From: Patescibacteria group bacterium
Lineage (GTDB): Bacteria; Patescibacteriota; Minisyncoccia; Phycocordibacterales; Phycocordibacteraceae
Direction of reading: 5' to 3'
DNA length: 60,922 nt
Assembly (NCBI GenBank): GCA_030837225.1
Contig: JAUPKX010000014.1
Location: 1 to 60,922 of the forward strand
Shown: piece after piece, positions 39,682 to 48,988 of the stretch
Layout: each line of letters begins with the position of its first letter
Numbering within the stretch: the stretch's first letter is position 1
Translations under genes and position numbers: made by a program
Notes under the pieces: model-generated
Told to the model about the DNA's origin: nothing
Databases searched by the model: none
The model's input: the letters and a program-made list of their open reading frames with translations, nothing else

Positions 39682-40434
39682 ATGAATATCGAGGACCTCA
39701 ACAAAACACAGCTTCTACTTCTCACCATTCTAGTGAACTTCGTGACGGCTATCGCGACCGGCATCATGACGGTGTCCTTGCTTGATCAGGCACCTCCTAC
39801 GGTTACGCAGACGGTGAACCGTATCGTCGAGCGAACAGTAGAGACAGCCGCTCAGGCGCCACTCCCGACAATTCCGGGCATTGCTGCTCCGGCAAAGGAG
39901 ACCATCATTATCCGTGACGAGGACCTCCTTTCAGCTGCTATTCGTGCGGACGCGGGAAGACGCGTCGCAATTCATAAGGGCGCAACCACGACACCGGTCC
40001 TTGCTGTCGGTACCTACCTCCCCGACAAGCGTGCAGTGGTAACGGCAACCGGCGCGGCGCTTCCTAAAGAGGCGACCATTGTGTTCGCTAACGGCGCAAC
40101 CGCCGAGGCCTCGCTCTCTCGTGCTGGCGCAACCCTCACCATCTTTGGTTTCTCGGACACGGCGGCCCTACCTGCCGCAACGACACCAGATCTCATTGCA
40201 GCCGCGAGCCTTAACCAGGGACAGACGCTCGTATCGCTCACGCGTGAGCTCGCCGCAGTCTCGGGCATCATCTCGATTGTCGATGAGATGGGCATTCGTG
40301 CAAACGTTACGGGCGTCCCGCCTGGCGCAGCAGCCGTTAATATCTCAGGCGACATCATTGGTATCGCAACGGCAATTCCTGGTGTTTTCGCACCCGCAGA
40401 TCGCATCAACACGCTCCTCTCTGAGGCACCGTAA
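39682..40434 (+). CDS. membrane-anchored trypsin/HtrA-like (S1C) domain protein with an apparently substituted catalytic triad
   Basis: N-terminal TM segment. GVPPGAAAVNISGDIIGIATAI aligns with the GNSGGPLVN..G.vIGInt region with Ser replaced. The expected TNxHV and DxAxL positions read TATGA and TLTIF. Confidence 0.4.
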   Translation: MNIEDLNKTQLLLLTILVNFVTAIATGIMTVSLLDQAPPTVTQTVNRIVERTVETAAQAPLPTIPGIAAPAKETIIIRDEDLLSAAIRADAGRRVAIHKGATTTPVLAVGTYLPDKRAVVTATGAALPKEATIVFANGATAEASLSRAGATLTIFGFSDTAALPAATTPDLIAAASLNQGQTLVSLTRELAAVSGIISIVDEMGIRANVTGVPPGAAAVNISGDIIGIATAIPGVFAPADRINTLLSEAP

Positions 40435-40479
40435 CCAGACGCTTTCTGGTACGTCATTACTAGTGTAAAACTCTATCCC

Positions 40480-43164
40480 ATGCCCCCATTCAAGAATTTC
40501 ACCGCAAAGGCTAAGGAAGCCATCAGGAAAGCGCACGAGCTCGCTATTGAGCGTGGACAGAACCACGTGAGCTCGTTGCATCTCCTTACAGCCCTCATAC
40601 ATCAGGAGGAGAGTCTTGTTTTTTCAGTGCTCGATCGTATGGACGTCGACACCATAATGTTCGCAGATACGCTGCTTGAGACGCTCGAGATCCCGGAGAC
40701 ATCGTCGACCCTCTCGCCGTCCTATAATCTCTACCTCACCCCGGACCTCGCGCAGGCGCTTGAGGCGGTTGATAAGGTCGCAGCACGCATGGGAGACGCG
40801 TTTGTTGGCACCGAGCACTTATTCGTAACAGTGCTTGAGCACCCAGGGCCTGCTGAGGAGATTCTCACACGCTTCCGCATCGATTCAGATACCGTGCTAC
40901 AGCTTTTGAAAGATTTGAAGTCTGCCAAAGACGGGGAAGTGAAGGAGCCAAAAAAGTTCCGCGCACTCGCAAAGTACACACGCAACCTAACGAAGATGGC
41001 CGCCGAGAATGCGCTGGACCCGGTTATTGGTCGCGACCAGGAAATTGGACGTGTCGTGCAGATACTCTCGCGCCGCACCAAGAACAATCCGGTCCTTATC
41101 GGCGAACCAGGAACCGGAAAGACAACAATCGCTGAAGGCCTTGCAACACGCATCGCAACCGGCGACGTGCCAGAGTCTCTTAAGGGCAAAGAGCTCCTAT
41201 CGCTCGATCTCGGGCTCATGATTGCGGGAACCAAATACCGTGGAGAGTTCGAGGAGCGCATGAAGGCGGTTATGAAGGAAGTAGAGAGGTCTGACGGAAA
41301 GGTCATCCTCTTCGTTGATGAGCTCCATACTATCGTTGGTGCGGGCGCTGCTGAAGGAGCGCTCGACGCATCGAACATGCTGAAGCCTGCGCTCTCGCGT
41401 GGCGAGATCCGCATGATTGGTGCAACAACCATTAAGGAGTACCAGCAGCACATAGAGAAGGACGGTGCACTTACGCGTCGTTTCCAGCCGGTCTATGTCG
41501 AGGAGCCATCCATTGAAGATGCAACGGCGATTCTTCGTGGACTCCGTGACAAGTACGAACTTTTCCATGGTGTGCGCATTACAGATGGCGCAGTTGTGTC
41601 GGCCGTTGAACTCTCAAGTCGTTACATAACGGACCGGTACCTTCCAGACAAAGCGGTTGACCTTATAGACGAGGCTGCGTCAGGTCTTCGCATTGCCCTT
41701 GAGAACAAGCCGCCGGCTCTTGAAGAGACGGACCGCAAGATTCGTAGACTTGAGATAGAGCGCGAGGCGCTTAAGAAAGATGAAGAAGGAGAACACGCGA
41801 AAGATATGAAGGTGCGTCTTTCCGCTATTGATACTGAGATCGCTGACCTTCGTGAGAAGACATCAGAACTTGAGCTTAAGTGGAAGAATGAGAAGGAGGT
41901 TCTCGAATCAATCCGCACGCTTAAGACCGAGCTTGATAAGGCGCGTGTTGAGGCTGATAACGCAGAAGCCATGGCAGACCTCGGTACTGCAGCCGAGATT
42001 CGCTACGGACGCATGCCGGCTCTCCAGAAGGAACTCGATACAAAGACGAAGCGCTTGAAGACGCTTCAGAAGTCGCGCCGCATTCTTCATGAGGAAGTAA
42101 CGGAAGGAGAAATCGCTGGTGTTGTTGCACGCTGGACCGGTATCCCTGTTGCGAAGATGCTCGAAGAAGAGGCAGCAAAGCTCGCACGTATGGAAGAGGC
42201 TCTCATGGGCGCTGTTATTGGTCAGGACAACGCCGTAAAGATAATCACCAACGCCGTGAAGCGTTCCCGTGTAGGTATTAGTGATCCGAACCGTCCTATA
42301 GGCTCGTTCCTATTCTTGGGACCTACAGGTGTTGGAAAGACGGAGCTCTCGCGGCGCCTTGCGGAATTCATGTTCAACGACAGGGAGTCTTTGGTCCGTG
42401 TTGATATGTCCGAGTTTATGGAGAAGCACTCGATTGCGAAATTGATTGGTGCGCCTCCAGGCTACGTAGGGTACGAGGAGGCAGGATCGCTCACTGAGCG
42501 CATTCGCCATCGTCCGTACGCCGTGATTCTTTTCGATGAAATTGAGAAGGCTCATAGCGAGGTGTTCAATATTCTTCTGCAAGTTCTTGATTCAGGGCAC
42601 TTAACTGACGGAAAGGGAAGAAAGGTGAACTTCAAGAACACCATCATTGTCCTCACCTCAAACATTGGTGCCGAGTTCATGGATCGTGCCGCAAACATTG
42701 GCTTTGCACCTGGAGATGGATCGGCATCAGCTGAAGCTGCCCAGATGAAAGAGAAGGTTATGGGGGCACTGAAGGATCATTTCCGTCCAGAGTTCCTGAA
42801 TCGCCTCGACGACATTGTTATGTTCGACTCCCTCGCAAAGGAAGCGCTCATGGATATTGTTGAGGTGCAGGTGGCTGAGATTGTGGAGCGTCTCTCAAAT
42901 AAGCGCATCACCCTCACCCTCACTCCCGAGGTTCGCGCGTGGCTTGCTGAGAAGGGCTACAACCCACAGTACGGTGCTCGCCCGCTTAAACGTGCCGTCC
43001 AGGACCATATCCTCACCCCTATAGCCACTCTTATGGTTGGACAGGGTGTTATGGAAGGAGGAACGGTTAATGTGAGCCTCAAGAATGGGGAACCGCACTT
43101 TGAGGTTAAGAAGGTTCCAGGACGAACGAAGGCAAGGACTAAGGCCGTTGCACAGACACGCTAG
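40480..43164 (+). CDS. clpB: ATP-dependent chaperone ClpB
   Basis: Clp N domain, two AAA+ modules ([16 protein letters not shown]) and the long middle coiled-coil typical of ClpB. Confidence 0.95.
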   Translation: MPPFKNFTAKAKEAIRKAHELAIERGQNHVSSLHLLTALIHQEESLVFSVLDRMDVDTIMFADTLLETLEIPETSSTLSPSYNLYLTPDLAQALEAVDKVAARMGDAFVGTEHLFVTVLEHPGPAEEILTRFRIDSDTVLQLLKDLKSAKDGEVKEPKKFRALAKYTRNLTKMAAENALDPVIGRDQEIGRVVQILSRRTKNNPVLIGEPGTGKTTIAEGLATRIATGDVPESLKGKELLSLDLGLMIAGTKYRGEFEERMKAVMKEVERSDGKVILFVDELHTIVGAGAAEGALDASNMLKPALSRGEIRMIGATTIKEYQQHIEKDGALTRRFQPVYVEEPSIEDATAILRGLRDKYELFHGVRITDGAVVSAVELSSRYITDRYLPDKAVDLIDEAASGLRIALENKPPALEETDRKIRRLEIEREALKKDEEGEHAKDMKVRLSAIDTEIADLREKTSELELKWKNEKEVLESIRTLKTELDKARVEADNAEAMADLGTAAEIRYGRMPALQKELDTKTKRLKTLQKSRRILHEEVTEGEIAGVVARWTGIPVAKMLEEEAAKLARMEEALMGAVIGQDNAVKIITNAVKRSRVGISDPNRPIGSFLFLGPTGVGKTELSRRLAEFMFNDRESLVRVDMSEFMEKHSIAKLIGAPPGYVGYEEAGSLTERIRHRPYAVILFDEIEKAHSEVFNILLQVLDSGHLTDGKGRKVNFKNTIIVLTSNIGAEFMDRAANIGFAPGDGSASAEAAQMKEKVMGALKDHFRPEFLNRLDDIVMFDSLAKEALMDIVEVQVAEIVERLSNKRITLTLTPEVRAWLAEKGYNPQYGARPLKRAVQDHILTPIATLMVGQGVMEGGTVNVSLKNGEPHFEVKKVPGRTKARTKAVAQTR

Positions 43165-43186
43165 GGCTGGTATAGTCCTCCTATCT

Positions 43187-43339
43187 ATGTCACAGGATCG
43201 TCTAATTCTACTGCGCTCTGCTTCCGGGCACGTTCGCCGTACTCGCAAGAACAAGAAGAAGGTTGAGCGAAAGATTGAGCTTAAGAAGTTTGATCCGAAC
43301 ACTCGCACTCGCGAAATCTACAAGGAAGTAAAGAAGTAA
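43187..43339 (+). CDS. rpmG: 50S ribosomal protein L33 (Cys-less form)
   Basis: MSQDRLILLRSASGHVRRTRKNKKKVERKIELKKFDPNTRTREIYKEVKK. TGgTATAGT lies 10 nt upstream of the ATG. Confidence 0.8.
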   Translation: MSQDRLILLRSASGHVRRTRKNKKKVERKIELKKFDPNTRTREIYKEVKK

Positions 43340-43345
43340 TAGCAA

Positions 43346-43374
43346 GAAAAAACCGCCCATGTGGGCGGTTTTTT
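43346..43374 (+). terminator. Rho-independent terminator after rpmG
   Basis: aaaaaaccgccca tgt tgggcggtttttt. Confidence 0.8.
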
Positions 43375-43408
43375 CTAGTACGTACTGAAAAGGGGTGTGG
43401 GGAAATGG

Positions 43409-43432
43409 AAAAACCGTCCGGAGACGGTTTTT
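43409..43432 (+). terminator. second terminator-like hairpin in tandem
   Basis: aaaaaccgtc cgga gacggttttt. The flanking tttttcYagtacgt sequence is shared with the first terminator. Confidence 0.6.
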
Positions 43433-43520
43433 CCAGTACGTTCGCGAGCCTGCTGACCGGAGTCGGCGAACTTGCGAACGTTCGAGTACTTTATCCTAAG
43501 CGGTTTTAGCTGTCAATACC

Positions 43521-43594
43521 TGGCGGGCCCACTAGGAATCGAACCTAGGACGTCGGTTTTGGAGACCGAAGTTATACCATTTAACTATGGACCC
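43521..43594 (-). tRNA. tRNA-Trp (anticodon CCA), CCA end encoded
   Basis: The reverse complement is GGGTCCATAGTTAAATGGTATAACTTCGGTCTCCAAAACCGACGTCCTAGGTTCGATTCCTAGTGGGCCCGCCA. Confidence 0.88.
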
Positions 43595-43672
43595 GGTATT
43601 GCTCACGATACCAGATACACGGGTAGGGGAAAAGAAGCCATGATTCCTGCATCCGCGGGATACAATCACTCT

Positions 43673-44656
43673 ATGAAAAGGCTCTGGGCCCCGCTGCTCC
43701 TTTTGGTTGTGTTGTTCGTGCCGTTTGTTGTTAGTGCACAGTCAAATCTTCCACTCTTCGATCCTGACTGGCAGCTTGTGCCTGATGCGCATGAGATAGA
43801 TCCTGCGAACTGCCCGGAGGGATACCCGCTTGGTTTTGGCGGTGTGCTGCAACTCATCCAGAACGTGATGAACGCAGCGATATCCTTTGGCGTTATTATT
43901 TCGGTACTTGTAATAGCTGGCGCTGGCATTCTCTGGATGCTCACACCAACCAACCCAGAGAATCATTCACAAGCAAAGAAGATTCTCACGAATGGAGTTA
44001 TAGGTCTGCTCATCATTCTTTCAGCGTGGCTCATTGTCGATTTCGTTATGAAAATCCTTTACAACCCAAATGCTAATAACTTCGGGCCATGGAATGAGAT
44101 TCTCACCGGAGGAGATCTTTGTATTAAGCCTGGAGAATTACAAGCGCTCTTCACTGGATCGCTGGTAGCTGTGCCTGGCGTTACGAGCGAGTCGTATGAT
44201 CCTCGCTACACAACAAGCGGCGTGTGCTCTCCAAACAGCGTCCAGCAGGCAGGGCAAAGCGTAAACATAACAGCAAAGGAGGCTAAATTCCTCGCCTGCA
44301 TTGCTCGACCAGAAAGCCAGTGCGGCAGTGATCTTACAAACTATGCATGGGGAAGAGGATCAAGTGCTTATGGGCCGTTTATGATTCTACTCGACGGTAA
44401 TGCGCGTTACTTCGAGAATGAGGCGTGCAGGGTGGCAGCTAATGTTACGGGACGTCTTAATTGCCAGGATGGATTTAGAAACGGGAATCAAATTCCTGGA
44501 AGTGCTATTGCGAATCGTTGCATGCGTGCAGCAGCGAACCTTGCGTGCAGTACAGCAGCTGCAACAGCACTCGTGCGTGAGTCAGGAGCGACACCATGGA
44601 TAGGAAATCATGACAGCAAGCCTGCTCATAGACGGTGTGCTCAGGAACTGCGCTAG
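43673..44656 (+). CDS. pilin-like N-terminal membrane module fused to a lytic-transglycosylase-like (lysozyme-fold) C-terminal domain
   Basis: Signal peptide MKRLWAPLLLLVVLFVPFVVSAQS; PLGFGGVLQLIQNVMNAAISFGVIISVLVIAGAGILWML..TNPEN..VIGLLIILSAWLIVDFVMK; then ARPESQCGSDLTNYAWGRGSSAYGPFMILL (E-S...A.G..M/Q-like SLT motif). Start moved off tRNA-Trp, with TACAAT 6 nt upstream. Confidence 0.6.
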   Translation: MKRLWAPLLLLVVLFVPFVVSAQSNLPLFDPDWQLVPDAHEIDPANCPEGYPLGFGGVLQLIQNVMNAAISFGVIISVLVIAGAGILWMLTPTNPENHSQAKKILTNGVIGLLIILSAWLIVDFVMKILYNPNANNFGPWNEILTGGDLCIKPGELQALFTGSLVAVPGVTSESYDPRYTTSGVCSPNSVQQAGQSVNITAKEAKFLACIARPESQCGSDLTNYAWGRGSSAYGPFMILLDGNARYFENEACRVAANVTGRLNCQDGFRNGNQIPGSAIANRCMRAAANLACSTAAATALVRESGATPWIGNHDSKPAHRRCAQELR

Positions 44657-44678
44657 GGGCTATACTTAGTTACGACGT

Positions 44679-45260
44679 ATGAAAAATTCCACCCTTTGGA
44701 TCGCTGGTTCTGCACTCTTCATTCTGACGGGGATTATCATTGTTGGTGCCTATTTCTTCCTGGTCGAGCAGCGTCAGCAACCAGACACGGAACCAACTCC
44801 TACCGGAACCTACTTCCCAACGAACGGAGGAATCTCTGAGGGAACGTCAGAGTCGCAGACACGCTCGCTCGCACTTTCTACCGGCAAGCGCATTGCTGTG
44901 AAGGATTTTTTGGCAAATGGTGTGACATTCAAGGATCCCGCAAATCAAGGAGCATACTATCTTGCGGGTAAACTTGATTACTGTCTTGAAGACGGAACAT
45001 GTCCAGATACCAATACGCCTGCATTTAGCATTCTGTACCTCGAAGAAGGTCAGAACTTCTCAATAAGTCTGAATAGTGAACCACTTAAGAGTTCTCGAAT
45101 CGCTGCAGAGCGCTATCTCATGGCTGCGCTCGGTATATCAGAGCAGCAAATGTGCGAGCTTGAGTACACGCTAGGAACTACGGTTTCTGTAAATGAGGCG
45201 TATGGATCAATAACAAACCTGGGATTTAGCTTTTGTGAGGGAGCAATACCACTTCCGTAG
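44679..45260 (+). CDS. single-pass membrane protein, hypothetical
   Basis: TM segment LWIAGSALFILTGIIIVGAYFFLV followed by a 160 aa extracytoplasmic part. No family recognised. Confidence 0.55.
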   Translation: MKNSTLWIAGSALFILTGIIIVGAYFFLVEQRQQPDTEPTPTGTYFPTNGGISEGTSESQTRSLALSTGKRIAVKDFLANGVTFKDPANQGAYYLAGKLDYCLEDGTCPDTNTPAFSILYLEEGQNFSISLNSEPLKSSRIAAERYLMAALGISEQQMCELEYTLGTTVSVNEAYGSITNLGFSFCEGAIPLP

Positions 45261-45262
45261 TT

Positions 45263-46162
45263 ATGAAAAGATTTTACCTATTTTTCCTTTCCTTCGCGCT
45301 ACTCCTACCATCTGCGGTTGAGGCACAGTTTGGTCCTATTGTGCCTGAGGTGTGTCGTACCTGCGCCTGTGGATTCGGTGGCGTGCTCGCAATCATACAG
45401 AACGCTATTAATTTCATTATCGGACTTTCGATTATCGTCGCAACTATCATCATTGCGTGGGCGGGTGGCCTGTACATGCTTTCAGCAACGAACCCTGAGA
45501 GTCGTAGTACGGCAAATAAGATGCTCATCAATGCAGCAGTTGGTCTCGTTATTGTTCTTTCTGCGTGGCTGATCGTTGACTTCGTTATGAAGACGCTCTA
45601 CGGAGGACAGTTCGGGCCCTGGAACTCCATACTTATGGGTGACTCTGGTGACAGTTGTGTGATTGCGAAGCCAACCTCGCCGCTCTTCAGCGGAGATATC
45701 TTTGCGGTTCCTGGACAGGGTGGTAGTGACGGTGCGACTACACCACCACTAGAAGGAGCTGATGGAATATTTGACTATCAAGAAGGGATTTCAGCCCAAG
45801 CACGCCACGCATCTCAGCCATTGAATACGTTGTTGACCTGCATGGCACAAAGGGTTCCAGCAAATGTCGGACAGATATCGGGTATTTCAGACAGCAGAAT
45901 TACTTCAGGAGCAAAGACATTTAGTCAGTGTGTTGTTGAAGGTAATTCAAGACAAGGTGGAACTTGTAATCATGGTAAGAACTCTTGCCACTATGGCGGT
46001 AGCCGGTGCACCGGAAGCTCGTTTGCCGTCGATTTTGGAGATGAACAAAATACTGGCGTCCTGTCGGCTGCGGCGCGCGCATGCGGTGCCGATTTCGTAA
46101 ACCCTGAAGGCAGTCACCTCCATGTCAGTGTCGGCCAAGCAAACGGCTGCAACTGCAATTAA
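45263..46162 (+). CDS. pilin-like N-terminal membrane module fused to a LAS/M15-like zinc peptidase C-terminal domain
   Basis: The signal peptide, CRTCACGFGGVLAIIQNAINFIIGLSIIVATIIIAWAGGLYML..TNPES..AVGLVIVLSAWLIVDFVMK are paralogous to 43673..44656. The C-terminus SCHYGGSRCTGSSFAVDFGD...EGSHLHVSV fits the H..D / HxH ligand pattern of VanY/M15-type peptidases. Confidence 0.55.
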   Translation: MKRFYLFFLSFALLLPSAVEAQFGPIVPEVCRTCACGFGGVLAIIQNAINFIIGLSIIVATIIIAWAGGLYMLSATNPESRSTANKMLINAAVGLVIVLSAWLIVDFVMKTLYGGQFGPWNSILMGDSGDSCVIAKPTSPLFSGDIFAVPGQGGSDGATTPPLEGADGIFDYQEGISAQARHASQPLNTLLTCMAQRVPANVGQISGISDSRITSGAKTFSQCVVEGNSRQGGTCNHGKNSCHYGGSRCTGSSFAVDFGDEQNTGVLSAAARACGADFVNPEGSHLHVSVGQANGCNCN

Positions 46163-46995
46163 GAAGAAAGCTTCCGGAGCCACGCTTTCTGGTGCCTTGC
46201 GTAGTGCCAGACCTTTGTCGAGAGAGAATCAAGAAGTGTATCTTCGCTACGTTCGCCTCGAAGATACTCGCCAACAATTTTGTACTCGAGTCCAAGCTCA
46301 TTTAAGCGTACGTCTCCAACGTACTCTCGAACACAGCGTACTTCTTCCAAAAGGCCAGAGTCCAGAGCTTTTGTTAGACGTGTTTTGATACGAGACCTCA
46401 GTTCATCACGCTCTGGATTAAGAATAATCCACTCTACTGGAAACCTTGCGTCAGTTGCGTTACGCTCAGGCACTTTGCCGTGCGTCTCGATTATCTCGAG
46501 TGCTCGCACGAGCCGGCGCTTATTCATGGGATCAATTCGTTCTGCACGACGCGGGTCTCGTATACGAATCTCTTCCATGAGCGAGTCTATACTGCGCTTC
46601 TCGAGATTCTCCCGAAGCAGTGCATTTGGTTCTGTTTCCTCCGGCAGGCCATAGAGAAGTGCGTCGAAGTAGAAGTGGGTACCTCCTGCAAGAATAGGGC
46701 GCTTGCCTCGGCCTCTAATCTCCTCGATAAGACGTTCAGCGTCTTTAACAAAATCTCCTGCGCTATAGGTTTCCTTGGGGTCGCGGATATCTATGAGGTG
46801 GTGTGGAATGCCGTCCATCTCTTTCGTGGAGGTCTTTTCCGTACCGATGTCGAGCATTCGGTATACTTGACGCGAATCGACAGAAATAACTTCACCATCA
46901 AGCTCTTTCGCTAGTGCCACGGCACGCGCAGACTTGCCCGAGGCGGTCGGGCCGGCGACGCATAGTATGGGGGAAGGGTCGTCCACGTAGCTCAC
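46159..46995 (-). CDS. miaA: tRNA dimethylallyltransferase
   Basis: P-loop GPTASGKS, SVDSRQVYR and DIGT motifs. GTG start. The stop overlaps the convergent stop of 45263..46162. Confidence 0.88.
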   Translation of the reverse strand: MSYVDDPSPILCVAGPTASGKSARAVALAKELDGEVISVDSRQVYRMLDIGTEKTSTKEMDGIPHHLIDIRDPKETYSAGDFVKDAERLIEEIRGRGKRPILAGGTHFYFDALLYGLPEETEPNALLRENLEKRSIDSLMEEIRIRDPRRAERIDPMNKRRLVRALEIIETHGKVPERNATDARFPVEWIILNPERDELRSRIKTRLTKALDSGLLEEVRCVREYVGDVRLNELGLEYKIVGEYLRGERSEDTLLDSLSTKVWHYARHQKAWLRKLSS

Positions 46996-47039
46996 TGTGG
47001 CCAGAATGGTATCATGCCTCTACGTAACGAAACAGCACC

Positions 47040-47702
47040 ATGAATAAGGAACAGAAGAGTAACTATTGCGGCGAGTGCGGAGATTTCCACGATCCGTTCA
47101 ACGAGTATCGTTCGAGCGTGCGCGTAGGCGAGACGGTACCGGACTACGAGTTTGAGACCTTCTACAAAGGCGATGTGAAGTCTATGAAGTTCTCGGACTT
47201 CCGCGGGAAGTGGTTGATCGTGATGTTCTATCCAGCAGACTTCACCTTCGTGTGCCCCACGGAACTTGAGGAGATGGCGCTACAGTACCCAAAGCTTCAG
47301 GCTATTAATGCAGAGGTGGTTTCGTTCTCAACTGATACCGTCTTCGTACATAAGGCATGGCACGACACCTCGGACGCAATCAAAAAAATAACCTTCCCAA
47401 TGGGTGCTGATCCAACCGGTAAGATTGCAGATGCGTTCGGCGTTCTTATTGAAGGCGGCGATCTTCCGCTTGTTCCAGACGAAGGACTCGCCCTTCGCGG
47501 GACCTTTATTATTGATCCCTCAGGCACACTCCGTGCTATGGAGGTGAACGATAACAGTATCGGCCGCGCAGCGAAGGAAACGTATCGCAAGCTTCAGGCC
47601 GCTCAGTATGTTGAGAGTCATCAGGGGCAAGTGTGCCCTGCGTCCTGGGAGCCAGGAGACGACACGCTCGAGCCAGGGATGGATCTTGTAGGGAAGATCT
47701 AA
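47040..47702 (+). CDS. 2-Cys peroxiredoxin (AhpC/Prx1 type) with a roughly 28 aa N-terminal CxxC extension
   Basis: FTFVCPTE peroxidatic Cys and a C-terminal VCPASW resolving Cys. The extension MNKEQKSNYCGECGDFHDPF is unusual; an alternative GTG start lies at VRVGETVPDY. Confidence 0.85.
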   Translation: MNKEQKSNYCGECGDFHDPFNEYRSSVRVGETVPDYEFETFYKGDVKSMKFSDFRGKWLIVMFYPADFTFVCPTELEEMALQYPKLQAINAEVVSFSTDTVFVHKAWHDTSDAIKKITFPMGADPTGKIADAFGVLIEGGDLPLVPDEGLALRGTFIIDPSGTLRAMEVNDNSIGRAAKETYRKLQAAQYVESHQGQVCPASWEPGDDTLEPGMDLVGKI

Positions 47703-47708
47703 AAGGAG

Positions 47709-47742
47709 AAAATCGCCCGGACACCTAAGTCCGGGCGATTTT
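47709..47742 (+). terminator. Rho-independent terminator after the peroxiredoxin gene
   Basis: aaaatcgcccggac acctaa gtccgggcgatttt. Confidence 0.8.
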
Positions 47743-47747
47743 CTTTG

Positions 47748-47829
47748 TGCCGGGGGAGGGACTCGAACCCTCGACCTTTGCAGGAGCGGGTTTTGAATCC
47801 GCCGCGTATACCAACTCCGCCACCCCGGC
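47748..47829 (-). tRNA. tRNA-Leu (anticodon CAA), CCA not encoded
   Basis: The reverse complement is GCCGGGGTGGCGGAGTTGGTATACGCGGCGGATTCAAAACCCGCTCCTGCAAAGGTCGAGGGTTCGAGTCCCTCCCCCGGCA. Confidence 0.85.
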
Positions 47830-47971
47830 ATGCCGGAGCATCTGAAGGCGCACCTCCGGATGCCCGAACGAAGCTCCATAGAGCTGGGTGTACCAACGTA
47901 TCAGTACGAAGAGTATCGTACTTCACAGTCTGCGGTCCTGCAAAGTGAATGGGCGATGATACAATGCACTC

Positions 47972-48988
47972 ATGTTTGGGAATAAGCCACCGGAAGCGGA
48001 ATCATTCGCGCAGCCTACCAAGTACGACTCCGTGTACTGGGTGGAGGTGAGTCGTATCGAGCCGAATCCGTACCAGCCTCGCATCGAGTTCGATGAGGAG
48101 CGCCTCAAAGCGCTCGCTGAGTCGATTCGCCAGTACGGTGTGCTCCAACCGCTCGTGGTGACCCGTAACGAGGTTGAGAAGGCAGGAGGCGGCCTCCAGG
48201 CGTCCTACCAGCTCATTGCTGGAGAGCGCAGACTCCGCGCCTCGAAGCTCATTGGGCTTCGCGAAGTGCCGGTTGTTATTCGTGCAGGCGAGCAGTCCGA
48301 CAAGATGAAGCTTGAGCTCGCTATAATCGAGAATCTTCAGCGTGAGGATTTGAATGCCATAGATCGGGCAAAGGCTCTGGCGCAACTTGCTGAGACCTTC
48401 GCTATCTCGCACTCAGAGATTGGTGCAAAGATCGGACGCTCTCGCGAGTATGTCTCGAACTCAATCCGTCTCCTTATGCTTCCTGAAGCTATTCAGATGG
48501 CCGTTGTTGGAAAGGAATTATCCGAGGGTCACGCCCGCGCACTTTTGATGCTTAACGACAAGCCGCAGGAGCGCGACACCTTGTTCAAAGAGATTGTGCT
48601 CAAGAAGACGTCGGTACGTATGGTTGAGCAGATGGCACGTCGACTTGCACAGGACAAGATTCGCAAGCACGACAAGACGCCGGAGATGATGGCACTTGAG
48701 AAGTCTCTAACCGAGACGCTCGGCACACGTGTGCTTATCGAGAGCCGTCCGCAAGGAGGCCGCCTCCTTATTGAGTTCTTCTCTCCTGAAGATCTGTCAC
48801 ACATTGCCGCGATTCTCGCGACACAGGAAGAGACGGTTATGCAGGAGGCTGATCAGCCTGCAGCAGATGCTACTGAACCTGATGTGGCTCCTAATACGAC
48901 ACCGCTCCCACCTCTGGAAACAGCTGCCGCTCCCATAACGCCTGTTGTTGAAGAAGACCTCTACTCGGTCCGCAACTTTACGGTCTAG
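47972..48988 (+). CDS. parB: chromosome partitioning protein ParB/Spo0J
   Basis: IEPNPYQPR, GVLQPLVV and AGERRLRA ParB boxes. TGaTACAAT lies 6 nt upstream of the ATG. Confidence 0.9.
   Translation: MFGNKPPEAESFAQPTKYDSVYWVEVSRIEPNPYQPRIEFDEERLKALAESIRQYGVLQPLVVTRNEVEKAGGGLQASYQLIAGERRLRASKLIGLREVPVVIRAGEQSDKMKLELAIIENLQREDLNAIDRAKALAQLAETFAISHSEIGAKIGRSREYVSNSIRLLMLPEAIQMAVVGKELSEGHARALLMLNDKPQERDTLFKEIVLKKTSVRMVEQMARRLAQDKIRKHDKTPEMMALEKSLTETLGTRVLIESRPQGGRLLIEFFSPEDLSHIAAILATQEETVMQEADQPAADATEPDVAPNTTPLPPLETAAAPITPVVEEDLYSVRNFTV

Noticed and set aside
43472-43672. N-terminal 67 codons of track ORF 43472..44656
   Set aside because: They run across tRNA-Trp. The Met at 43673 begins a clean signal peptide and has TACAAT 6 nt upstream.
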